Source: Yuukianura sp. NJ FZ-2021 (Eukaryota). From it: a stretch of DNA of 64,000 nucleotides. Where the stretch lies: contig CM102284.1 in the NCBI GenBank assembly GCA_046563655.1, positions 4,030,001-4,094,000 of the forward strand, written 5' to 3'. The position numbers and the translations under genes were made by a program. The notes beneath the pieces are model-generated. The model saw nothing but the letters and a program-made list of their open reading frames with translations. It was not told the DNA's origin and did no database searches. Below are positions 26,001 through 38,004 of this stretch, one piece after another (within the stretch, counting starts at the first letter, position 1; each line of letters begins with the position of its first letter).

Positions 26001-27007
26001 TTAATTGGAAGTATTATAGTGATGATCTTTTGTTGCCAACTATAGCTGTTGACAGAAGTCTCTCCTCTTCGTTACTGGATGCTCGGGAAGCATGTACCAA
26101 CGCTGTGGTGGACGCACTTACTTCTTATGCCACGACACAAAATTCTCTAGGCTCTGTTTCGCTTCTGGCCCCACCGAATCTATCCATGCTTCCTAGTTAT
26201 ACTCATGCCTTACTGAGAAGCGTTGGATTCCGCTCGGATCTTCGCGTTCGCCTGGATGACCGAGTTAATTTTATGAACCAAATGAAAACTCTGCCTCTCA
26301 CATATCTAATCCAAAGCATTTACCCGGACCTCTACCCTCTTCATGACGTTGAGGCAACGGTGAGTAAATTACTAACAAAAATATTGTTTTTACGTGTCAT
26401 TTAATCGTTTGTTCATGTTTCCTTTTCATGTCAGCCGTCAATGGCAGACTGTGATGATTCCCAGGATGAAGTACCGAACTTCCCACGCCTCCAACTTTGC
26501 TCAGATAGGATCGATTCCTTTGGTGTCTACCTAATGGACATGCCTAACCTCATTTTAGTCTACGTTTGTAGATCAGTCGCTGCTCACTTTTGTCAGAATG
26601 TCCTTGGGGTGACCAGTTTCGCCAGCCTTGCGGAAATGGTGAGATAGTTTGTTGTCAATTGCAATTTTTCCTTCAAACTGATCGTGATTTACTTTCTCCT
26701 TGCAGCATGAGTTCCCAGAGCTAGACACGAAAACATCAATTAAGATTCGTAATTTTGTTAGTCACCTTCAGTGCTTGAAGCCTTACGCCGCACCGATTCG
26801 CATCATTAGGTAAATTGTGTAAACTTTTTGTTTTAACATTTGGTTTTACCATAATAACCTTCGGTTTTAACATTGAACTTTACTTGTTATTGTAGGGACG
26901 ACAGTCGTGAACGAATGATATTTGTGAACCACATGATGGAAGACCGTGGAGATGGAAACGTTTCTTTATATGAATTTCTCCAGCAATTGAAACCCATGGT
27001 CAGATGA
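23026..27007 (+). CDS. Sec24: COPII coat subunit Sec24 (A/B type)
   Basis: Q/P-rich N-terminus; zinc finger RCRSCRTYINPF..WKCNLC; trunk YMVRPPQAAVYLYVLDV; RKIGFEAVMRVRC; FQAALLYTSSKGERRIRVHT; ends SLYEFLQQLKPMVR*. Confidence 0.95.
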
Positions 27008-27614
27008 TAGAGCTTTTTTTCGTTTAGGAACGTGTGGTTGTCATCCTTACAACGTATGGATATTTAGATTTTTGTAAAGTGAATATTTTTGATGGTTGAT
27101 GAGGCAAACGTTAAGATTAGCAGTTAAGACAGTGATTCACTCACAGCATTATTTGGATTATCAACGACTATTAATAACCGCTGAAAATCACGATAATGTG
27201 GAACATGTAGAACAACCGTTTAGATGAAATCGATTTAGTCAAACAACACTTAATTTATAAATAATTTAAAACAAAAGGTAAAAAACAGAATATTAGTGAA
27301 ATCATGAGACTTCTTTCTTCGTTAATTGAATTTAAAATATGCATAGGGCTTAAGTATACGCGCAGTGCCAATAAAATTCATTAAAAACAAGGTTTAAATA
27401 GCCAAGTAGCCGCAAATTCTTATTTCGATTGTAACACTTTCGGTATCACAAATCTGTGGGTTAATGACCACAACGACTAATAATTTAACATAAATACTAA
27501 GATGGAGGGAGAATGGATTGGTAACAAAAATGTGTCTAAATCTGGTCAACCAACGTTTTAAATATTTAACAACCCTAACTTGTAGTGTTAACTTTTGGTA
27601 TTGAAAACCGTGTT

Positions 27615-29843
27615 CTAGTCCTCCTTTTTAAGCGTTCCAGCATTTGGTTTGAAGAAAAATTTAGTTCGAAGAAATCCTTCATTCGGATTGGGTACAAGGT
27701 CTTTCCATTTCATTTCCAAACTTCGAACGGCCACCACAGTCCATTTTTTCAACCGAGCAACCGTGATTGGCATTTCGTACTGATTCGGTACAATTCCATC
27801 CACTTGGGATTCAAAGTACGAAAACAGAGGAAACCAAATTTTGGTTCTTTTGGAGTCACGTTGCATGAGGGCCTGATTATTTGCCAGAGTGTGGTAGTAG
27901 AGGAACAATCTGGAACATTGAGATATACATTTAATTAAAGGAAATCAATATAAATGGATCTGGAATTCCAATTTATGAGAGGTTAAACAAAGGGCAGACG
28001 AGAGGTCACCTAGAGGTTATGTAGAATGCGATGAAAACATCAATAGAATAGTGTTCATGGGCTGCCAAAATGAAGAAGATTCCGAACATGTTCAAGAGCC
28101 ATGACAGAGTGTGCAAGTAATACATCCTTCTCGTCGTATCTAAATAGAAAACAGACAATGGGTAATTAATTGTGTGAGTGGCAAGAGAGGAATGGTGTTG
28201 GAAAGTTGCCAGGAATTAAATTTTAGACGGAAAGTTTCCTCAATTGGCTTACATTCCGTGACGAAGAAGTTGAGCATAGTGAGTGCCACGGTATGACCAG
28301 AAAACATGTAATCCCCGCAAGTTCTAACCTATTACAAAAGTCGTAAAAACCAAATTAATTGCTTCGAAGTCCCAAACATTTTAAAAAGAATGAATTCTGT
28401 TTACGTCTTACCCCTTGGATGCTCATTCCAGCTCCCTTCCAAATCAAATATGCAGAGTAGAACCTCTGGAACCAACTCTCGTACGGGCGAGGTTTACAGA
28501 GAAGATGCTGACCTGAAACATAGAATGGTTTTTAGCAACATTGAATCTTGACTGACATTCTTTTTCGGATGTATTTAGTTTCTAACCAGGTACACTGAGC
28601 GACGTAATAACCATTGTGAAGCAACGGAGGAGAAACACTGTTCCCGAGAGTGCAAAAAACCGGCGAATGAGTATGAATCGGTATTTGTGAAAGAAGAGAA
28701 CTCCGAGAAATAGACAAAACAAAACTGTCCCAGTGACCTCGCCCATTTCAAAGGCGTATGGAATGTGAGGAATGTTATCCAAAAATAAATCTGGTAAGGG
28801 AGGAAACTTCTCCATCGATGGAACCTGCAATGTTTCAGATCCGGAAAACAATTTAAAATCAAAACTAAGTTACCCTCGATACTAGTAGATACTACCAAAT
28901 CTTGTTTTGAATGTAACATGTCCTGGTCTTACCCTGTCATGGACAACCACCATTGTCAAGCTCGTGACCCACGTCACCACAAATACATATCCGAGAGCCA
29001 CGATAGCTTTCCCGATCTAAAAAATATCATAACAATTTAGGACACACTGGAATGATAGATAACGATTGTTAAAAAAAGTAACACGTTTGCTTTTTGGCTT
29101 TTTCATACCTCGGGTTTCAGATTCGTTGCGTAACCACCGAATACAAATCTTCGATCTCGATGAGATTCGCTTTGGTGCGTTGACTTCGGAAGGACCTCGC
29201 CAGCGGATGATCTTGGTTCATCGTCATTGTCTGGGCAAGTGTCTGACAATTGAGATGAATCAGTTTCTGTAATTGACACACGCCGTTTCTTATGCTTCTT
29301 CTGCTTATTGCAACATGGAGTAGGACCATGTTGATGACCGCTGAAACGATTTCGGAGACCAGAAGGTGTCTCTGGATCAATATTGCTGCATTGTGGCTTT
29401 GAAGCGCATAACTTTTTCGTGAAATATTGGAATGGAGGTGATTGTTCACAACGAGACGGAGCGTAACCACAACTTGACGCAATACTACATTGTTGCTGAA
29501 GTTGGAAAATATCGAAATACAACCTCTTCAGTTCACCTAAAGTCTGTAACACAAACAATTGATGAGACTTTTCGTAGATTCTAAGATTTAATTATTCGAG
29601 CTTAGTTTTGAGGCATACCTGAATTTGAGTAACGGTCTTGAGATCGTTCTCTGTCAGTAAAAGCAAGCCCTTTCCGTCAATCTTTTGTTGAATGAAGCTG
29701 TTCAAAATATATTGGTTATGCCCTTTGATCCTTAGCCAATCTGCAACGTCAGAGATACTCCATTTGGTGAGGACTTCAAAGTCCAGCGACGATGAACTCT
29801 GACTCACATTCCAAACCCCTTCGTCAGGCTCCGTAGCATTCAT
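27615..29843 (-). CDS. SAMD8: Sphingomyelin synthase-related protein (SAM domain + SMS catalytic domain)
   Basis: SAM domain [76 protein letters not shown]. Confidence 0.92.
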
Positions 29844-31055
29844 GTTCACAAAATACTTGATGTCAAACGACAAACGTAAAAACTTATTCCATCCTACAAT
29901 GTCCACGGACGGGGTCAGATTCCTGAAACACTGGCGTTTCCATACAGCATTAGTTCCGGATCAGATCTGCGAAACACAATTAATAATACTGCAAATCAAT
30001 AAAATAATTGAATGAGACGTACTTTGCCAGAGTATGACTTCATAATTATTAAGTTGTCATTATACCATTAGAGCTGTATTAAGTTGCCATTAGCAAGCTG
30101 CTGCAAGTACTGAGAAAGATACGCTTAAGGGTCATTTTTGTTAATCTTACCTCAATTAGTCGTCTAGGCCTTAATTACTCGTGAAAACAAGAAAATGAAC
30201 GAGAGGTGGTTAGTGGTACCGGAATAGCCTATGGATGACCAGATGATCAGGATAACAATCTCCTTGTCCTTCCAATTGCCATAATTCGTAACTTTCAATG
30301 AGTACTTGCGTTGCACGCAGTAAAATAACCAGAAAAGAAATGGATTGATGAGTCCAAACACTAACCAAAACTATTGAATTCACGAATACAGATGAACCCA
30401 AATTTTACTACTAAAGTAAAATGCTAAATTAGCTGCACGAATTTCCTTTGGCAAGAAATGAGTAACGAAATGTCCGACTTCCTTACGTTACGTCCCTTCG
30501 CTTCACTCTCTGAATTTGGTCCTGGGAAAGTTATTCTACTACGATCGTCGATCCGTCACATGCCACTTCCACTGACTCACTAAAAAGTTTACAGAAGACG
30601 CCTAAAAAAAGTTGGGGCAACATAATTTACTTAATTTCCTGTCCCTGTTTTTTACTCCATCCAGCAGAGCATCATCACTGTTTCACACGCTTGGTATCTT
30701 TCGCTGATTATCCAAAACTAAAGTCAATGTTTTTACTATTTTTGTTTTTGCCAACAATCAATCGATCAATAAGAAATATTTATTCACTTGATTCAGCTGA
30801 ATTTCAGCCGTTGAAATACCCTGCCCAATTCATTCGTGGCAAATAAACCACCAGTGTGCTGTTTTTCGGTGCGTTTGGAAAGCAAGGGCATTTATTTTAA
30901 AACGTGTTGAATCAGTATAAAAGCAGTAAAAATTAAACATTTACCAATACCTCTTAAAACAGCTTATTAAGTAACAAACTGCCTAAAAGTTATAGCACAC
31001 AACCAATTCAATTGAAGATATTTAGCTGAACCCACCACCAGGAAGAGATGCGTAT

Positions 31056-34000
31056 CTATCGATTGACATGTCGAGGACTACCAAATCCTAATTGACCAGA
31101 TCCTGGCCGTCGTCCATCAGAACTTGGATTATTGACGCGTCCAACGGGATGTCTCCTTGAGGAATGGATTTTAATTTCACGGTCCAACTCAATGGCCTCC
31201 AAACGTTGATTCAGTTCCAACTTCTGATGAACGGCCAATTTAAGAAGTTGATTTAGCGTTTTCTTTTCTTCTTCAGCAGCAGTCAACTGACGCTGTAATT
31301 CGTCCACTTGCGTTGCATATTCTTCACACCGGGCGGAAAACATTGCACGTAAGCCTAAACGCAAATGAATTCATTTCCAATTAAGGTGTCCACAACCTGC
31401 ACTGATAGAAACATGAGCGGTGAATCTTACTTGAAAACGTCGCAGCATCTTCCTTGAGCAGACGCAGCTCATTTCTCAGTTTTATCATTGTCTCCGTAAC
31501 AATTGTCTTTTCTGCTTCATATTTGGCCTTGAGATTAGCAAGAGCCTTCTCAGCAGCCATCTTGTTGGCTTTAAGGACACTTCTGAGGGTTGCATTCTGT
31601 TCTGTCTTGGCTTCCACCAGTGAGCGATACTCACAGATCTGCTTCTGAATTTCCTCGAGCGAGAGAGACATACTATCCAAAGCATCTTCCGAACTCCCTG
31701 CAATTCAAGTTGTTGGAAAACATTTGATTACTTTCGGAAAAGAGAGGTTGTCAGTGCCAGTATCAATCCAACTTTGAAAAATTGGTTTTGCTTTGCTTAC
31801 CATCACGATTGCGGTTGTTAGAGTCAACGACGGACATGACTGCTTCCTTCAAGCACTTTACCTAAATACGTCAACGTCAACATTTAACGACTTTTGGCAA
31901 TCTTTGAACTGAAATACACAAAAAAAAAAGTTTACTTGATCTGCAATCGTTTCAATTTGAGTCATAAAGGCAAGGTCCCCTTCCCAATTAGCAGAATTTG
32001 GTCCAGCATTTGCTTTTGATTTCAAACGGGCCAACAGTTGAGTCAATGGACTGCTCATCATTAGCTGAAGAGACTTGTAAGGAGAGCCCTTCCCTTCACC
32101 TAAAAATTTCAAACGATATTTTCACAATTTTCAAACAGTATTTTTCAAAACAATATTTGCCTATTACAAAACACACCTTTCTTGTCCGTCAAATGATCAA
32201 CCATGAGGCGCTGCGGTGTAATTCCCTGAGCGTTACATACTTGATAGTAGAGAGCTGCAATTTCCTCTGAAACTTTATTCAATTCCGACTGGGTTGTATC
32301 AATTACTCGATGTGCATCAACTGCCGTATCGTCCATTACTTTCAGTTCGATATTTATCTCTTCCAGCTTCAATTCCCGGGATAAAACCTAGGAGTAAAAC
32401 AGAAATTATGACAACTGGTTAAAATCCAAAAGAATTCAACTTTTCTTTTGAAATGTCCAACCTTTTCTTTCAACGATGTCATTTCCAGCTTCAATGCACC
32501 GAGGGCATCAAATCCAGGAGTAACCGAAGCATCACAATTTTCTAACAACGTAAGTGATTTTTTGAGGGCGTCAATTTCTTTTAGTGTTATGTTATACCAT
32601 CCCTCGTATAACGGTCCCTGGTAGACAATATTTATAGTAATTACAATTTCATCTTAAACACTTTGAGCATTTTGAGTACTAAGTAACTTGAAATATTAAT
32701 TTAGTAAATTGCATTACATTTTCAGGACCATCGGCCTTCGAAGTTTTCAGTACTCGCTCGTTCGTTTCTTTTTTCAGAGCGTCCAGGGCGCTCACTTGGG
32801 AGATAATTTCAATCAATCCAGACTGGACAAATCCAATTGCACTCTTGCCCTTTTCTAGCTGCTCCTGAATTTCCTTAAGGCTTTTGGACAGTGCGCCCTT
32901 CTCTCCTTCTGCATTTTCCAGTTGCTTCTCAAGGCGTTTCATCTGATTTATATGAATTTCACTAAAGAGATCCATTTGCTTAGTTGGACGGATGTCGGAA
33001 GAACCATCAGGAGGTAGCCTTTCATCCTCGCTAATGTCGTCTTCTTCCATGCTATTACCTATAAAAAAAAATTCAAAGTAAACACATCGATAACAATGTC
33101 AAGAAGTAATTGCAAGCATGGTCATGATTTGACTTACTGCGGAGTGACAGAGCCAAAGTTGATAGATTCATCATAGATTCTGCATTTACTTTGGAATCCA
33201 ACTCTTTCTTCAGCATGTACCGGATTTCCCTTTCTCCTTGAAGTGCTTCAATGGCTTCTTCCATTTGCTTTTCAGCGATACGTTTAAGGGCACTCAATTC
33301 TTCAACTTGTTCCTGAAGTAATCGTTCTGTCTCCAAAAGCTGCCGAATTTCATGCTGGAACCCTTCGAATTCTACTTGGGAAGAACGAAGGACTGATACT
33401 TGCTTTTGCAGTGCAGTATTTTCTTCTTCCAGCTCTGAACAATCTTTGAGAAGTCGAGCTTCACGGTACTTGACTTCCTTCAGTTCTCGTTTGATTTCAC
33501 TTCTTTCAGCATAAATCATTCCGCCATCCTTCTGAAGTTCGTTTGTCTCCTGGAGAAGACGATCTCGCTCAGCTTTCACTCGGTCTGTTGAAAAAAAAAT
33601 TGAAGTTGCATGTTGAAACAACGAACCACCGTTTACTTTTATGTTAAAATGTTACCTAATTCATGCGTTACGGACTTCAGTTCGGATTCTAGATCTAGGA
33701 TTTGCGAATTCAATGAACATTCCAGCGCTGCGTTTTCGATGAGTAAAGACTCCTCATGCTGGATACCAGAAATTGCTGCGATTTTCTGCGTCATATTTAC
33801 TTTACTCAAGGCTTCCTTTGCAATTTCCAATTCGTTCCGCATACTTTCATAAAGTTCGGAGAGTTCATCACAACGCTGATTGAGTTTGGCGTTGTCTTGA
33901 AGCAATCCCATTCCTAAGAAAAAGAAACCAGCCAAATTAGTAGAAGGTTTTCTACATTCCAAGCACGAGGACTATAATTTTGAATTTTCAGTACCATATT

Positions 34001-34088
34001 GTGCTGCCTGGACTTTTTCACTTTGGGTCTGATCCAATTCCCTCGTTAGCCGCTGTATTTCAAGCCGCATTTCGTCGGTAGTCGCCAT
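31056..34088 (-). CDS. BicD: Bicaudal D dynein adaptor
   Basis: [89 protein letters not shown]. Confidence 0.95.
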
Positions 34089-35085
34089 TACTATCTGTTT
34101 GTCAGTATAGAACCCTCTAGAAACATAAAATTAAAAGTTGTACAATGGTGACCCACAATAATTTGGAATTTTTAATAATCTCATGAATATAGTAACTTAC
34201 GATTAGTTTGGATCGGTTTTTTTTAAATATGAAACTCGTGAAGTGGTATGCTGGACGCGCAATTACTTTCATCGATTAATTAAACTACGAAAACTGAAAA
34301 CGAACTTAAAGTATTGGTTAGTAACTATTCCTAGTTAGTAGCCAGAGAAAGAACTTATTTCTCCTGCCCGAATTCATTCCCCCGTGGAATTATCGTAGTT
34401 AGATGTGTTCCGGTCACTGTGCCATGACTGATGAACGGTCTTGATTGGGTTCTGAGCATGGCACAGAACACAGAACAGTTAGACCGTGGTATTGATGATG
34501 TTTACTGATGAGGTGAGTTGAGTGCTGCGAGAGGGTGAAGGAAATGTACAGCTAAAAACAGCCGAAATTTCATATAGAAATCGCAAGTGTCAATTCACTC
34601 AAAATGATTCAAATGCATCATACACCCGCCATTCATTCCGATTTGACCTCTTGCTCATCTTCTTGTGACGAAAAAACGGTCGATCCAGACTTTTAGAACG
34701 TTTTTGAGTTAGCAAATTCAATTGATTTGTTAACCGAAAACTTTGCAAGGGCCAATTTCGCCAAACCTACTAAAAGTAACCACAACAATTTACAATTATT
34801 AGTCTGTCGGAATCTGGAATAGATATGTACAATGGAATTTAATTTGAAACATTTGATACTTACGAAATACTTAGAAAGCTTGTCATAATAGAGTGGAGCA
34901 GCATAACATTAATTGATTGTCAAGAAGTATTGAAATTAAGGATGTTAACTACTTTATCACGTTATGTTCAAAAATTTTGGAAATGAGAAATAGGGACTTC
35001 CGATAACAGCCAGCACAGCGGCATAAAATAAATAAAAACGTTTTAAACCACTCACCGCTAAATACGGGATTCGCCTTTCCGTGTC

Positions 35086-37352
35086 TCAAAGGATGTCGTA
35101 GCGTGTAGCCTGATCCGGAACGTCGACTGATGGTATGCTAGTCACCATGCAGTACATATTGTAAAGTTGAGCGGTCAAGTTCTTATCCATGCCATCAGTG
35201 ACAAGACATCGGTTGATGAACATGTTCTTCAGAGCTGTCAGCATTTGCTTCAGTTTCTTGGCGTAGACATGGGAGGAAGTACCGACGGCAGCGCAAGCCA
35301 AACATTCTAATGCCTTTGTCTGCAAATCTCTGACGGCTACCATTAGCCTGTTGATTTCAACGGTGTCATCTGGATTTAGTGTGGGAGGACGGCTTCTTAG
35401 CCATTGAATTTTCTTGAGACACGTTGTTGACATGATTCCTTGCTGTTGATATAAAAGTTGACCTGGAAAAAAGTAAATCAGCAATACTAAAAAGTGTTCA
35501 AAGAAAGAAAGATAACAAGCAGGTCGTAGACGGATTTGTAATGAATAAATTCTGACCTCCTTGTTCCGTACTGCCCGGCAATAATTTGCTGTAGACGTCG
35601 ATATGAGTTGTCTGAAGAGTGCTAACGATGTCAACCAGGCCAAAGTCAATGTCGCTGGGACTTTCTAATTCGCTCAACATTTGTGTAACTGCTCTAGCGA
35701 AAAACAAACCAGCTTTTACGATGACGAAATGGCTAGAATGGAACATTGCATCACGGCCAAAAGTGTTGTCGATCTTCGCACGAAAATACTCCTTGAATGC
35801 AGCTATGGCCGAACTCCGCTCCATTCGTTCAATCTCATCAAGCTCCCGTGTTAGCTTGTTAACCCTGGACATGACCGTTTCTTGCGATAAAGTAACATTG
35901 TAGGACCTGCAGTTTCGAGTGAAGCATTTCCAGTCCGAAGTTTTAGAAACCGGATCCACTGGTCGAATAGAAATTTTGTTACATTTGAGGCAGCGTAGAG
36001 TGTTAAATTCTGTTCCATTTTCAGTAGGATCAGTACATCTTGAGCAGACGCATCGTTGACTAAAACGAGAACCCAGAATTCGTTGCCGCACGGAAGTTCC
36101 ATAATGGACTTCACTTCCCCAAGCAACCGTGAGAATAGCATTGGTGCTCAAGTCTACAGTAGTTCTGAATGTAATAAACGTTTCTTCTAAGCGTGGACTG
36201 AAGGTAACGTCGAACTTCATATTAGGAGAGCAGTGGCGTTTTATGTTCAGTTTCTCAAGCAGTACGTACCTGGCGCTGTGAAACATAACATTATGGGATG
36301 AAAACCAAATACAAGCAATGTACAAAAGTTTACTTACAAGACGCAACGGGTAATACCGCTTTCTAAGGAAACGCTACGAAAGTCATATCCGATTGGGTGA
36401 GACATTTCTGCCGTACAGGCTTCGATGACCTTCACGAATTGGTACAGGTTTTCTGAAGTCCATGTGTGATGAGTCCATTTTTCTAGTCTGGTCTTGTTGC
36501 GCATGAGGAATTTCGTGAGAACTCGATCTTCGGTGCTGGCCTTTTGAGACCTGATCGTATGAGGTCCATGAAAATCGTCGCTCGCCTTCAAAAGCTCGTC
36601 AAAGGCCTTGGGATTTGATTTCTGGAGCATAATACATCGAAGAGTCAAAATAACACGGGGAATGTCCTTGTCTTCAGGCCGGATGTTTCCCTTCCTAAAT
36701 ATTTTGCATTCATTGTCTGCATGAATCGGTTTCTGAAAACATAAAATAACAATTATTTATTACAAGACGACAGCTTTTTTTCAACATCAGTCTGTTATCA
36801 TGACCAGAGGAAACTTACGCTTGCGCATTCATCTGAGCAAACAGGCCAAACACATTTGGCGCACAGTAACTCGCCTGTCCTAGATTTGTAGAATCCACAA
36901 CACGTAACGCATTGATACGTTCTTGGTAGTCGGTTCTGTAGAGCACTGGGACACATCATGATCGGTTGCAAATTGAGAACTGCCGTTCCAGCCTTGATAT
37001 CTCTGTCTGCTTTATAGTAACTCCCTTCTTCGTGAAAGTAACGCTGCGCCAGTGCAGAGCATTCTTCCTGGTGTACTTCCCAATGTTTATGCTGATGTTC
37101 TTCACTACAGTAGGCCACACTAAAGCAGGAACTTAAACGAAAAAGAACTTTATACCGGCGACGACAGTTTTGATGAAGTAACGTTCTATAAACTCCTCGT
37201 TTATCGTACTCGTACCTGCATTGTTTCAAATCTATAGTAGACGTACAGACTGCACAACATCCAAAGTATGCTGGCGTCGATGGTGGAATATCAAAGGGTT
37301 TTTGCATCTCTGGAAGTTCAGGCAGTATTGAACGTTGTCGTAATCGTTTCAT
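35086..37352 (-). CDS. SET and MYND domain protein (arthropod SmydA/msta-like), catalytic motifs degenerate
   Basis: MYND CAVC..C..CFSVAYCSEEHQHKHWEVHQEEC; ADRDIKAG; second C-rich finger CAKCVWPVCSDEC; post-SET CVCSRCTDPTENGT..LRC. Confidence 0.85.
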
Positions 37353-38004
37353 TTCCGTTGCCCCCACCTCCAGCTGCCCAGCTCCACCGTGTTATCTGTA
37401 CGTCGGTCCAGGTTCCTCTCCAGTAATGCCCAGCACGCCAGGACTCTGTATGGTGGACAGATTATGACGATATTTAAAAAAACACTGATGACGATAGCAC
37501 AGCTAGGAAGAGCAGTGAAGCAATCAATGCCAATTTGGCAATTCGTGGCTGCCGAGCTCTGGCTCACTCGCTCAGCACTTGTACCGACCGAAACAGAAGT
37601 ACTACTGCTAGGAATACTAAATGAATTAAATTAATACTGATATGTAACGTTTTATAGTTTCTTTGTCCTTTGTTGACCAGCAGATTTGTTCGCTGGAGTC
37701 TCTCACTCAACCAGAAGCTGGCTGACCTCGGGACTACGCCGCGCCGTGTTTTTATGAGTTAAAATTTATACCCATAACCATAGTTTAGTCTATAGGGTTC
37801 TACCCTATAGACTATGCGGCTGCGCGCATTGCATATAAATTAGAGTTTTGCAATTACCCGCCGCCTTTGCTCTTGGACGCCCAAGTCCACTGTCCATGAC
37901 CACGAAACACACAATACGAATGTTCGAAAAACTAATTTAAGATGAGTTAAGGCAATTTAATTAGTACAAACAAATTAAAACGCGAGTGAATTTGGAAATA
38001 CTAT

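Noticed and set aside
34428-34548. Hammerhead ribozyme or SECIS suggested by CTGATGA / ATGA..TGAG
   Set aside because: No stem II closing onto GAAA; spacing too short for a SECIS and no selenoprotein 3'UTR on that strand
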